A stretch of DNA of 64,000 nt from Macrostomum lignano (Eukaryota): the NCBI GenBank assembly GCA_002269645.1, contig NIVC01000059.1:62001-126000 (forward strand), written 5' to 3'. Below are positions 1 to 12,920 of the stretch, piece after piece. Below the pieces are notes generated by a model. That model had not been told where the DNA came from, searched no databases, and was given only the letters and a program-made list of their open reading frames with translations. The position numbers and the translations under genes were made by a program. How positions within the stretch are numbered: the stretch's first letter is position 1; every line of letters starts with the position of its first letter.

Positions 1-270
1 ACTGGCTCCTTATCTTACTTATTCAATTTAACATCTAATTTAGTTCTAGTGTTTTCAGTCTTATTTTTCTCGACATATGGGGTCACGGAGCTCAGTAGTG
101 ATCAAAGTTCTGGGGTCATATGGGGTCAAGGAGCTCAATGGTGACCAAGGCTAATGACACGAATATTAAATGGGGTCATTGAAGCCTCTGAAGGTCAAGT
201 TAGAGACAGAATTTGTAAAAATAAGACAAAACGAGCTAACTAGATCAGTGTGAGGGGTACAAGAACTTAC

Positions 271-3200
271 TGGAATGTGTAGGCACCAGATTCCAGACTG
301 CACCTTGATGGTGAAGTAGAATTCAATCGGCGAAACAATTTTTTGGCTTTGCTCTGGTACTCTGGCATGTTGGGAGCAGTCTGTTAGAGATGAGATTAAG
401 AAGTTTAAATATGATTAAAAAGTTTCTTGAAAATTGAGTAGTAAATTATCAAAAACACACCAATAATGTGTACATAAATAAATATATGGTTCTAGTAGAA
501 AAATTAACAAAACAATGCTACTTTTAGACTTAACCTACTGTCCTTGCATAACTATTGACTCTAATGAACATAAACTAATGATACCGTTATATTACCTTAA
601 ATAGCTTGTTGGTATTGATTTTTTAAATGTTATATTATAAAGTAATTAAGGTATTATTAAGCAAATAAAAATCGGGCCCGGATCACTAAATTCCGGAAAA
701 AATTCTGGGTGAAAAGTTCGACGGGATTATAAAGTAATTAAGGTATAAAGTAAAACCATACAAGATAAAAATATTATTTTTCATTTTACTCAATGGTTCA
801 ATAAAGTTATAAGTCAGTGAACATAGTACTTTATAGTCTAGTAGGCCCCAGTGTATTGTTTAGTTTCATTTTACAAAGAGCTTACAATTAAAAAACAAAA
901 AAGTATACTTGTATTTAGGCTGGTTCTAGGAAATTTCATCCACTGGCATTTTGTCAACCAGACATTATGGCAACTTGGCAAATTCATTATAGCTGCACCA
1001 GTAAAAGAAGTAATGATGTGATGTAAAATTTTTTAAAATGTGTACTGTAGTAGACACATGTACTTTTGACAGAGCCAGCCACTGCTGCTCAGACTATCTA
1101 TGGCTCAAATAAACTAGAGCCATAAAAAGCCCAGCTGCAGCACTTTATTAAAGGACAAGCAGTCTTCATCTTGCCGCATGCGAGGTGCTTCAGTGGTGAG
1201 TCTGACTATACTTAGCCATAGCTGAGTATTTCAAGCTTTTCACCTGCTGCCTTGTCACAGTTTTGGCCACCAGGTCTTCTGAGTCCAGCCAAAGCCATCA
1301 GCCACCTTGATCCCTGCATCTGGCTCAGCACTTCTGACTAGAGCTGCATCAAAATGACCATCACTGATTCCTGGTCACTGTGGTTATGCAATATGTGAGC
1401 AGTGCACTCTGGGTAAGGGGCTCTCGCCTGCCAGAGTTTGCTTGCAATGCCCTACCTGATGCTGTGACATCAATGCGGCTCACCTTGGCAATACCTTGTC
1501 CCAGCAGCACAGGCGGACATGTCAGACAAAGCATCAGTGCACTTTTCTGTGCTGCAGACCCCACCACGCTACCGATGGATCACCACAATAGCATATGTAC
1601 CAGCAGCATCATCATTAGCACAACCATCCACTGCTGCCGCTGCCCTTAGCCTCAAGGATGCTGGTGCCTACAACCTCAACTCGCCCACAATGTCACTGGC
1701 CTGCAGCTGGATCTATCAGCAGCAAAGTGCTCACACTTTTGAATAGTCCCTGAACATCCACCGTCAAGCCAGCCAAATACTCTGTATGCGCTTTCAATTT
1801 CTGTGCTACTAACAGTTTCACACTACCAATTTAGGCGCCCCAACACAGTCATCTACTGCCAGTGACCCTTTTCTAACCCAGTCGCTTCCATTGCGTTAGT
1901 GGCAAAGTAATTGCAGCTGACCCAGCCATTTGCCATAGCAGCTGAGCTCCTAAAGAACACAATGCAAGAGCAACATTATCTGGCTCTGGGGGAGAGGAGT
2001 GGTATAGCGGACACATGTACTTTTGACAGAGCCAGCCATTGCTGCTTGAACTGTCTATGGTCCAAATAAACTAGAGCCGTAAAAGGCCCAGCCGCAGCAC
2101 TTTATTAAAGGACAAGCGGTCTTTATCTTGCTGCACGCGAGCTGCTTCAGTACACTCCTAGAAAATAACTTTTTACAAAATTGATACTCAATGGTATATC
2201 ATGCTTTTGTGCTCTGAGGTTATATTGTACAGTTACAAAATGCCTAGTAGGCATTAGCAAGCTTCAAGATACCCTGCTTATCAAAATGGCATCAAGGATA
2301 GTAAGGATAGACTTGATTGCTATAGCTCCAAGAAATGGTTTGACTATGCTTGTAATATCTATGCAACACTTTAAGCATTACTTGAAATTTTTAAGTAAGT
2401 TGGTTATAATATTGGGCACTAGTCTATTTAAGGGGCCTAAGCATTATACCATTAATAGGTGTTAATAAATAGTAATCTTTTTATTAAAAGTGACAGATTG
2501 CCTATTACAGTTTTTTGCATTGATGGATAAGTGAATTTGCATTATTCTTTTTTAAGTAAACAACAGTCATTATTAACATTAATGGCAATATCAATAAGAC
2601 CAAAATACAAAGAACCAAAATATAAGACTGACAAGGAGTTTTGAGATTACAAATTAAATACACATATGCTTATGTGTATAATTAATGTCTTGCTTATAAT
2701 ATTGATCCTAGAATGTAACAACTTTTTACTTTTTGATTTTATCATTAAAATTATATTTATAAATTATTGCATATATAAGTATTAATTTGATTTATTTCTT
2801 TCCCAATATTTTGTAACTTTTTGCTATACTTGTTAATGCTATTGAAATAACCTTTAGTTCACATACCCTAATAGAATAAATGTAAAAACCTGCAGACACA
2901 AAACATTGGGTCTAAAATTGTAGCTCAAAAATGCAATACAACATAGAACATATTAACTTTTGCATCAAATATAGGCATATTACTGATTAGATGACAAGGC
3001 AATTAGCCTTAATAAGACAGACAAAGTTGTTATTGCTGTTTACCCAAAACTGCACTATGCTGCAACCCCATCTGCCTTGACTCTAGCTGCAGCGCAACAT
3101 TAGAAAATTCTAAAAATGTGACAAACAATTAGATTTAGAGTCTACCTATTGTCCACTTATTCCAATAGGGCTTATATTGCCCACAAATCAATTGCTAGCT

Positions 3201-4405
3201 AAGATTTTCCTATAAGAGATTTGCCCATTAAGATTTCCCTATAAAGCTTTTTTCATCAAGATTTTCCTGCAGTGCATTTTGCCTATGGGCAAATTGCCCA
3301 TTGAGATTTGTTTACTAAGATTTGCCTGCAGTGCAATTTGCTTGCAAGTGAATTACCCACAGAGATTTTTCTTGCTATAGTTTGCCTACAATGTTGTTTT
3401 CCTATAGCACATTTAGGCACATAGTAGATTTTGTCTATATTATCTTCCAATGCTTAATAAGTCTTAATAAAGCAATTTACTCAATCAAAACATTTTGATA
3501 ATAATTGCATATCAAATGATTCAAATTCATATTTTTCTTGTAGGTATTTAGTTCTATATATATATGTGAAAGTACATTGATAAGCTATTAATTAATGCAT
3601 TTCCTATATTGCTCAGTCTTCTAAATCTCTTCAAGACTTAGACTTAGAGTTAGACAGTAGGGCTTATTAAGCATTAGGGGGAGAGGAATGCAGATACAAT
3701 CTAGCTGACTAATATGCTATAGGAAAAAAACATTGTAGGCAAAAGGCAAACCTTAATAGGCCTAGGAAAAAAACTTAGTGGGCAATTTGCTTATAGGCAA
3801 TTCTTATACTCTATTTAATATTAAGTAATATTTATTAAAGATTAACAATTAATTTTCAATCAATAAAAAGTAGTAAGTAAGTCAGGTTTTTTGTTTAAGG
3901 ACTAATGTTTTTGCCATAGGTTTTTTATAATATAATAGGCCTAGATAGTACCTAACAATGGCTAATTAATAAACTGCTAAGCCTAATTGAGGAAATGTTA
4001 GTTGACAAAATGTATAATTACCTGACTAAAAATATTAGAGTACACATAAATTATATTTTTGCAATATTTATATACCAAAAAACTGATTTAGCAAAATTAG
4101 CATTTATATGATAATACAGACAAAATAGGCCTATAGCCATATGGGCCTATATTAATTATATAAACAACAAAGACAAAGCCTTGACTTAAATATTATTTAC
4201 ATTATTTAGGCCTTACTAGGCACTAACTTGATATAATATTAAAAAGATCTATGCATAGTGCATCTGATTTAACTAAAATTGGCAATTTGCCAATGAAATT
4301 AAAAATATTTAGTCTTTATATTTTTAATCATACCTCTTCATTGTGAATTGAAGCAGCCAATGGCAGACCATCAGACACTCGCGCAATCATAGTTAGTAGA
4401 ATCAT
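271..4405 (-). CDS. SEC22B: SEC22B-like longin R-SNARE, 5' part only: exon 1 4405-4334, exon 2 380-271; gene continues off the left edge
   Basis: Exon 1 reads MILLTMIARVSDGLPLAASIHNEE then GAG|GTATG. Exon 2 follows ctaacAG and reads TAPNMPEYQSKAKKLFRRLNSTSPSRCSLESGAYTF, ending CA|GTAAGT. This matches the SEC22B N-terminus (MVLLTMIARVADGLPLAAS...YQSQAKQLFRKLN...RCTLEAGAMTFH). Both exons are too short to appear in the ORF track. Confidence 0.9.
1053..2151. mobile_element. LTR-like element: about 142-bp direct repeats (1053-1194 and 2010-2151) around about 815 bp of GC-richer sequence, in SEC22 intron 1
   Basis: Both copies read gacacatgtacttttgacagagccagcc...gcttcagt. TGG follows copy 1 and a purine run (gggggagaggag) precedes copy 2. 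No TSD or intact ORF found. Confidence 0.4.
3285..3805. repeat. Degenerate foldback/MITE-like inverted repeat in SEC22 intron 1
   Basis: gcctacaatgttgttttcctatagca (about 3383) pairs with tgctataggaaaaaaacattgtaggc (about 3714); caatgcttaataag pairs with cttattaagcatt; gcaaattgcccat pairs with gtgggcaatttgc. Confidence 0.5.
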
Positions 4406-5918
4406 TGCTGATTAGGGGCTAGCTAGGTCCTTAAGATAGTATAGCTGGATTGGATAATAAAAGTCGTATTCTATTTATCCTATCTAGGCCCTATTATTAC
4501 TATAAAACTAGTGTATAATTAGCAGTGATCGTCCATATGATAAAATACTGTAGAATCCACTTTGACTTCTATCTAGACATATGCTAGTGTAGGCCTACTG
4601 GATGGTTTATAATATCTACGAACTCTACCGCTTCTAAAAATATCAAGATGTGTACCGTGAAAGTCGTACTAGAAAGTCTGTGCCTCGGTGCTGTTTGCGT
4701 TGAAAAAAACCTTTATAATCTTTATTAAACCTAAAAAATGCAGATTTACTTTGTATTTTGCTACACTTTACAGTATTTTATACAGTTTTAATCAAATTTA
4801 GAGGAATGAGCATGATTTATAGGAATCGATCGACGTGGCCAAAAATTCGGCATTTACTGATGAAGTTAAAACGAGTTATTTATGTCTTAGCAAGTTTAAC
4901 AAAATCTTTTAACCCACAGTTATAAAGAATAAAAATTAGGAAAAAGCTATAAGCCTTAAACAAAACAGCAAAGAAATGCGTCACAAAACTCTACTGCTAC
5001 GGCTGGACTAGGTGTATTGTTAGTGCCATTTCTAATCAACTTGTAGATGTATAGTACATGTATGCACGTTATCTGTATTCTTGCCTTCGAATAGTCGCTG
5101 TAGCGTGGACTCTGTGGCTGAGAATGTTTAATGTCAGTAAAACAAGTATAATTTGAAATTAGCTATACTATCAGAATTGTGTAAAATGGATATCAGCTGT
5201 TCGTGTGTACTTGTGTAATGTACGTGTAAAATACTGGGTATGGGCTATGGAATAGCCTGCATCTGCTTTGGCTGACCGGCTCCACAGAATATGCCCCGGC
5301 AGTTAGCTGCATCTCATTACACGCAGGTCATGACTTTTAATGTTATTGATACTTCTTAACGTGAATCCAGTGATTAGTCACGGTGTCTAACTGTGAATTC
5401 GAATACCGTAAATTATATTACACAATCAAACATAAAAAGTATTAAATTTAAAATAAATGAGACAACAGAATTGAAGAAAAGTATTTTAGCACAACTTATC
5501 AATAGACAAATATACTAAGTATGGCCAAGCATTGTATTTTGGCAGCAATATTCCAGCCGGTAAATTAGTTACCAAAGTTAAAAAACTACCAAGGGAATTG
5601 CGAACACACGAATTGCAGACACACGGTATCTACTTAGTGAGCAAAAACACGGATTAGTGCGCATGAACCTTTTTCAGCGGCGAAACACGAATGAATTGAT
5701 CCTACAGTTGCTTTTATCTAATTAAATAAAAATTGAGAGTTTCACTAGCGAGAAGAAAGACTTAGATAATGAAGCCTGCAGATAGCTGCTTTATTTCGTT
5801 AATTGAGAAATAGAAACTTTTTGACAATAAACTTGTACATGCAACTATATACATAGATACTATACATGCACCACATGTCAATTTCAGCATTAGCTCACGT
5901 GACTACTGCATTCGGCTC

Positions 5919-7326
5919 CTATTTGGCAGCAGCTGCCGCGGCGGCAGCGGCGCTCTGCTTGTCCAGATCGAATCGTACAACCAGGCCGAAGTCGCAGACG
6001 CACAGTAGTGTCGATCCGTCGCGGCTAAAGCAGGTCTGCCTGACTGCGCCTTGGCCTTTAGTGACGTTCAGCGTTGCTGGCCGCATATCGAAAATGTCCG
6101 GCGCGTCCAAGTCGAATAGTTGCACTTTGCCGATGGAATTGCCCAGGGCCAGGCGCTGGAATGCAGATGGATTGATTTAATTCAGGTCCTGGGATTGTTA
6201 ATACGCGATAGTTGACGGCAGAGTGACCCCCGGAGCTGGGATAATTGGGGGTCAGAGTGACCCTCACAGCTGGTATAGTTGGGGACAGAGTGACCCTCAG
6301 AGCTGAGATAGTTGGGGGCAGAGTGACCCTAAGAGCTATGATAGGGGCGGCAGAGTGACCCTAAGAGCTATGATAGGGGCGGCAGAGTGACCCTAAGAGC
6401 TATGATAGTTGGGGGCAGAGTGACCCTAAGAGCTATGATAGGGGCGGCAGAGTGACCCTAAGAGCTATGATAGGGACGGCAGAGTGATCCTCAGAGCTAT
6501 GATAGGGGCGGCAGAGTGATCCTCAGAGCTATGATAGGGGCGGCAGAGTGATCCTCAGAGCTATGATAGGGGCGGCAGAGTGATCCTCAGAGCTATGATA
6601 GGGGCGGCAGAGTGATCATCAGAGCTATGATAGGGGCGGCAGAGTGATCCTCAGAGCTATGATAGGGGCGGCAGAGTGATCCTCAGAGCTATGATACGGG
6701 CGGCAGAGTGATCCTCAGAGATATGATAGGGGCGGCAGAGTGACCCTGGGAAAGGAGCTGGTATTCTGATTCCCGAAGATAAAAGTACAAGCCGAAGTCC
6801 AACCTTGGTTGGCAGGTGCAGATCGAACTTGATGAACCAAATATCACAGTTCTTCACCTCGAACTGGTACAGTATAGACATGGCATTGTCAGTGTGCCTC
6901 AACGGGCCACAATCGGCCGATTTCAAACTGCCAGGCTTCCACAAGACAACGCAGGATTCGCACGACTTTGACAGGATGCAGTTGCCAAACCAGGCAGCGC
7001 AGTCGATGTAGTTGCCGTGCACCTGAATAGGAACAAGAAAAAGACAATTTGGCATACATCTTTAGACACAGCTAGCTATCTGCCTACCTGTCTTACTTAT
7101 CTACATATTTATCTGCATGTGCCTACCAGCAAAGAAGCTAAAATAACTTTGACATCACTTACTTATCTAAAAATCAAACACAAAACCATGTATATTCTAT
7201 ATGCTATACACATGTCTACCTGTCTACCTGTCTACCTGTCTGTCTGTGTCTGTCTACCTGTCTTTCTGTCTATTTACCTGTCTGTCTGTCTGTCTGTGTC
7301 CGTCTACCTGTCTACGTGTCTGTCTA

Positions 7327-7386
<60 letters not shown>

Positions 7387-7468
7387 CCTGTCTGTCTGTC
7401 TACCTGTCTGTCTGTCTACCTGACTGTCTGTCTATCTGTGTCTGTTTATCTGTTTACCTGTCTGTCTA

Positions 7469-7544
<76 letters not shown>

Positions 7545-9542
7545 CGAGTACATGCCTACCTGACTGTCTGTCTGTCTACCTGTCTTGTCTACCTGTCTTA
7601 GTGTCTGTCTGTCTGTGACAGACACAGATAGACAGGCAGTATGTCTGCTGCCTGCATGTCTGTCTGTCTGTCTGTCTGTCTTAGTGCCTGTCTATCTATC
7701 TTAGTCCAAATCCCAAATCAAACGGGGTCGCACCTCTCGCGTGACAAAATCCGGATGATGCTGCATCCAGGTGGGGAACCGGCGCTTCTCATCCTCGTCC
7801 GACCAGGTCTCCGAGAGGCGGGCCGCCCGCTCAAACTCCGGCCGATCCAGGCGCCACAGCCGGACAGAATGATCCATGCCGCAGGAGAGCAGCAGGCTGC
7901 AGTCCAGATTCACGTCGCCGTGCAGCACCTCAGAGCGGTGCCCGTCGCAGCCGCCGAAGATGGCCACCTGATGGCCGGTGGCCAGATTCCACGCTCTGGC
8001 CGTGTAGTCCTTGGAGAAGCTGAATAGCAGGGCTGGATTGCGCGGGCTCACCTTCAGGTGATTGACACTGTTACCGTGGCCGACTAAGCTCTTCAGACAG
8101 GCAGCCATGGATGGACAAATCACGCGGATGACGCCGCGTCGACCGGCCGTCAATATCACCTGAGATGGGTTTCAAACTGATGTTTTATAGGCTTTCCAAG
8201 TTAAAAAAGCAAAGAGGCTTGGCCCTCAAACCCGGGGGTTTGAAAGCTGCCTGTTGTCTAGACCCTCACATCCATTGTCTAGATCCTCACATCCATTGTC
8301 TAGATCCTCACATCCATTGTCTAGATCCTCACATCCATTGTCTAGATCCTCACATCCATTGTCTAGATCCTCACACATATTGTCTAGACCCTCACATCCA
8401 TTGTCTAGATCCTCACATCCATTGTCTAGATCCTCACATCCATTGTATAGACTTAGATCTTAATTCATTTTGCCTAGAATCTGCGTAACACCAATTACCT
8501 AGATTGTCACACCTGTTGCATAGATGGTCATACCTGTTGCCTAGATTATCACACCTGTTGCCTAGATGATCACACCTGTTGCCTAGATGGTCACACCTGT
8601 TGCCTAGATGATCACACCTGTTGCTTAGATGGTCATACCTGTTGCCTAGATGGTCACGTCACAGCCTGTTGCCTAGATGGTCATACCTGTTGCCTAGATG
8701 GTCATACCTGTTGCCTAGATGGTCATACCTGTTGCCTAGATGGTCATACCTGTTACCTAGATGGTCACGTCACAGCCTGTTGCCTAGATGGTCATACCTG
8801 TTGCCTAGATAATCACACCTGTTGCCTAGATGGTCACGTCACAGCCTGTTGCCTAGATGGTCATACCTGTTGCCTAGATGATCATACCTGTTGCCTAGAT
8901 GGTCACACCTGTTGCTTAGATGGTCACACCTGTTGCCTAGATGGTCACGTCAGACGTCACAGCCTGTTGCCTAGATGGTCACACCTGTTGCCTAGATGAT
9001 CACACCTGTTGCCTAGATGGTCACACCTGTTGCCTAGATGATCACACCTGTTGCCTAGATGGTCACACCTGTTGCCTAGATGATCACACCTGTTGCCTAG
9101 ATGGTCATACCTGTTGCCTAGATGATCACACCTGTTGCCTAGATGGTCATACCTGTTGCCTAGTAATCGGATCCAGCGACCAGGCCAGACAGCAGAACTC
9201 CTCCTCATCGCCAGCCGGATCGGCGTACGCCTGAAGCAGTTCAATAACACCGTCAGGCAGGCAGGCGTAGACGGTCACATAGCAGGCCCCGGCGGTGGCA
9301 AACAGGCAGGGCTCGCTGCCGCTGCTATTGTTGAATTGCAGCGCGTACACAGACTGGCCGTGGCCCTCCTTCAGGCTGCAAGTCTGCTTATAGTTCAGTT
9401 TGGGATTCGGCTTGCCACCGCCGCCTGAGCCTACGCTCATCGACAGTCTGCCTCCGCTGGTCGTAGCCTTGCCGCCGGCCTGTCTACCTGCTGATGGGCC
9501 GACTGAGACTCGCTTGCTAGACCGCTGCTGCTGTTGTGACAT
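5919..9542 (-). CDS. EED: Polycomb protein EED/ESC (WD40 subunit of PRC2), about 423 aa; exons 9542-9153, 8159-7734, 7022-6804, 6155-5919
   Basis: EED-type motifs: [89 protein letters not shown]. All three introns are GT-AG, phase 0, and the frame is continuous. Confidence 0.93.
6207..6746. repeat. 32-bp minisatellite (cagagtgatcctcagagctatgataggggcgg)n in EED intron 3
   Basis: About 16 tandem copies seen directly. Confidence 0.95.
7210..7700. repeat. (TCTG)n-type microsatellite in EED intron 2
   Basis: Direct inspection. Confidence 0.95.
8250..9163. repeat. Two related 21-bp arrays in EED intron 1: (cctgttgcctagatggtcaca)n at about 8495-9163 and (tccattgtctagatcctcaca)n at about 8250-8455
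   Basis: Same 21-bp period and 15/21 positions identical between subtypes. The first array overlaps the exon 1 donor. Confidence 0.95.
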
Positions 9543-9657
9543 GCCAGGTAGCTTCAAGTGGTGATGCGAAACTCTGATTAGGCTGAATTGTATTCATGTT
9601 TCCTGTTATTCATGTTCCGTGCTCATATTAAGCATATGAATCCTTCCACTGTAACAG

Positions 9658-11599
9658 CACCTGAACTACACCAGATAGACCTGTCTGTCACACCTGAACT
9701 GCACTAGATAGACCTGTCTGTCACACCTGAACTGCACTAGATAGAGCTGTCTGTCACACCTGAACTGCACTAGATACAGCTGTCTGTCACACCTAAACTG
9801 CACTAGATAGAGCTGTCTGTCACACCTAAACTGCACTAGATAGAGCTGTCTGTTACACCTAAACTGCACTAGATAGAGCTGTCTGTCACACCTGAACTGC
9901 ACTAGATAGAGCTGTCTGTCACACCTGAACTGCACTAGATAGAGCTGTCTGTCACACCTAAACTGCACTAGATAGAGCTGTCTGTCACACCTAAACTGCA
10001 CTAGATACAGCTGTCTGTCACACCTGAACTGCACTAGATAGAGCTGTCTGTCACACCTGAACTGCACTAGATACAGCTGTCTGTCACACCTAAACTGCAC
10101 TAGATAGAGCTGTCTGTCACACCTGAACTGCACTAGATAGAGCTGTCTGTCACACCTGAACTGCACTAGATACAGCTGTCTGTCACACCTGAACAGCACT
10201 AGATAGACCTGTCTGTCACACCTGAACTGCACTAGATAGAGCTGTCTGTCACACCTGAACTGCACTAGATACAGCTGTCTGTCACACCTGAACTGCACTA
10301 GATAGAGCTGTCTGTCACACCTGAACTGTACTAGATAGAGCTGTCTGTCACACCTGAACAGCACTAGATAGAGCTGTCTGTCACACCTGAACTGCACTAG
10401 ATAGAGCTGTCTGTCACACCTGAACTGCACTAGATAGAGCTGTCTGTCACACCTAAACTGCACTAGATAGAGCTGTCTGTCACACCTGAACTGCACTAGA
10501 TACAGCTGTCTGTCACACCTGAACTGCACTAGATAGAGCTGTCTGTCACACCTAAACTGCACTAGATAGAGCTGTCTGTCACACCTAAACTGCACTAGAT
10601 ACAGCTGTCTGTCACACCTGAACTGCACTAGATACAGCTGTCTGTCACACCTGAACTGCACTAGATAGAGCTGTCTGTCACACCTGAACTGCACTAGATA
10701 GAGCTGTCTGTCACACCTGAACAGCACTAGATAGAGCTGTCTGTCACACCTGAACTGCACTAGATAGAGCTGTCTGTCACACCTGAACTGCACTAGATAG
10801 AGCTGTCTGTCACACCTAAACTGCACTAGATAGAGCTGTCTGTCACACCTGAACTGCACTAGATACAGCTGTCTGTCACACCTGAACTGCACTAGATAGA
10901 CCTGTCTGTCACACCTGAACTGCACTAGATAGAGCTGTCTGTCACACCTAAACTGCACTAGATAGAGCTGTCTGTCACACCTAAACTGCACTAGATAGAG
11001 CTGTCTGTCACACCTGAACTGCACTAGATAGAGCTGTCTGTCACACCTGAACTGCACTAGATAGAGCTGTCTGTCACACCTAAACTGCACTAGATAGAGC
11101 TGTCTGTCACACCTGAACTGCACTAGATACAGCTGTCTGTCACACCTGAACTGCACTAGATAGAGCTGTCTGTCACACCTGAACTGCACTAGATACAGCT
11201 GTCTGTCACACCTGAACTGCACTAGATACAGCTGTCTGTCACACCTGAACTGCACTAGATAGAGCTGTCTGGCACACCTGAACTGCACTAGATAGAGCTG
11301 TCTGTCACACCTAAACTGCACTAGATAGAGCTGTCTGTCACACCTGAACTGCACTAGATAGAGCTGTCTGTCACACCTGAACTGCACTAGATAGAGCTGT
11401 CTGTCACACCTGAACTGCACTAGATAGAGCTGTCTGTCACACCTGAACTGCACTAGATAGAGCTGTCTGTCACACCTGAACTGCACTAGATAGAGCTGTC
11501 TGTCACACCTGAACTGCACTAGATAGAGCTGTCTGTCACAACTGAACTGCACTAGATACAGCTGTCTGTCACACCTGAACTGCACTAGATACAGCTGTC
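9658..11599. repeat. 33-bp minisatellite (cacctgaactgcactagatagagctgtctgtca)n, about 58-59 copies, just upstream of the EED start codon
   Basis: Highly homogeneous array; it produces the artefactual 639-aa ORF. Confidence 0.97.
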
Positions 11600-12920
11600 A
11601 TAGAACTTAGACCTCATTTAAGCTAGAACATACAATAATAAAGCGAAGTAAAATCAAACAAATTTCTTTGTCCACAGTAGGCGACCCGATCACGATTGTA
11701 TTTAATAGATAAACAATTGTTAATTTACCAACACGGAAGCCACCAAGCAACGCAAATTGAGAAACTAAAAAAACGGTTTTAGACAGGAATATTTATCAAT
11801 CATTCAATTGATATTCAACACATATGCGTAACACTATTCAAACAGCGGGTAACGCCAATAGGTCAATAAATAATAATAAGTTTATATATATGTGAAACAT
11901 ACCGTGCATAGATGCTACTAATGTACTAGTAGAGTAGATTGAATATATTAGCTTTTATCTTGAAAAAAAACACATTATCAATCCTTTTTAGCCCAATCAG
12001 CCCTTTGGCCGGTGAATTTTACCTTTTTTTAGCTGACACTAATAGCTTGTTGAATAACTTATCAACAGCATACGCTAGGGGCAAGACTAGAAACTCAGAT
12101 ATAAACTGTAATAAGGCGGAATAGCAGTCTACACAGTGTTAAAAATACCGCTAGCTGTTAAAGCATTCATTAAAGCCCAAAAATGAAAAAAATAACAATA
12201 TGCGCTGCTAGCCTACTAACAGTAGGTCAAATCGAAGTTAAAGGCGACAAAAAACACAAAATAATTTTTTCACTATAATTTATGCTTCGAAAAATATTAT
12301 TAGAAGTTGGATAGAAAAACATTATTGTGATGGAGATAATAACAAAACGGACATCATAATTGGGTGATATAAGGGGCAAATAGTTTTGGTTAGGAAATTA
12401 GGTCACCCACGCATTAGTAACAATATTAATAATATTTTAAGGAAAAACACAAACGAATTCGAAGTAACCAAGCAAAAGGTGTAGGTGCACTGGCTTCAGT
12501 TATAATAACATTACTCTTAAATTACACTACAATAATATATAAGATTTTATACATTAATTTAAAATTATGAAAACTGTTATTGATATGATCAGTCTTGCTG
12601 GAATCACCATGGGAATCCAATTCTATTTATTAATAAAATTGGTAAAAAGAAGACAAGAGCATGGAAACCTTCCGACTCGTTTTGATCTTAACACTGCAGT
12701 CAAAAGAATGTCAGGAGCAATACAGAATTATAACAAAACAAAAAATATAAATATCTTGTAGCAGCAGAACTTTTACGCGCAAATAGTGTAACCGGAGCTC
12801 TTGCTTCTTGATTCGGATTGCCAAAATAGCAAGACTTTTTATTATTTATGAATATGATGATATAAATGAGAAACGCGATACCTACAGATACATAAAGAAC
12901 GATTAGGATTGACTCTTAAA

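Noticed and set aside
9666-11585. 639-aa ORF (QFRCDRQLYLV)n as a repeat protein
   Set aside because: It is a translation of a 33-bp (in-frame, stop-free) minisatellite, begins at a non-ATG codon and has no unique coding flanks.
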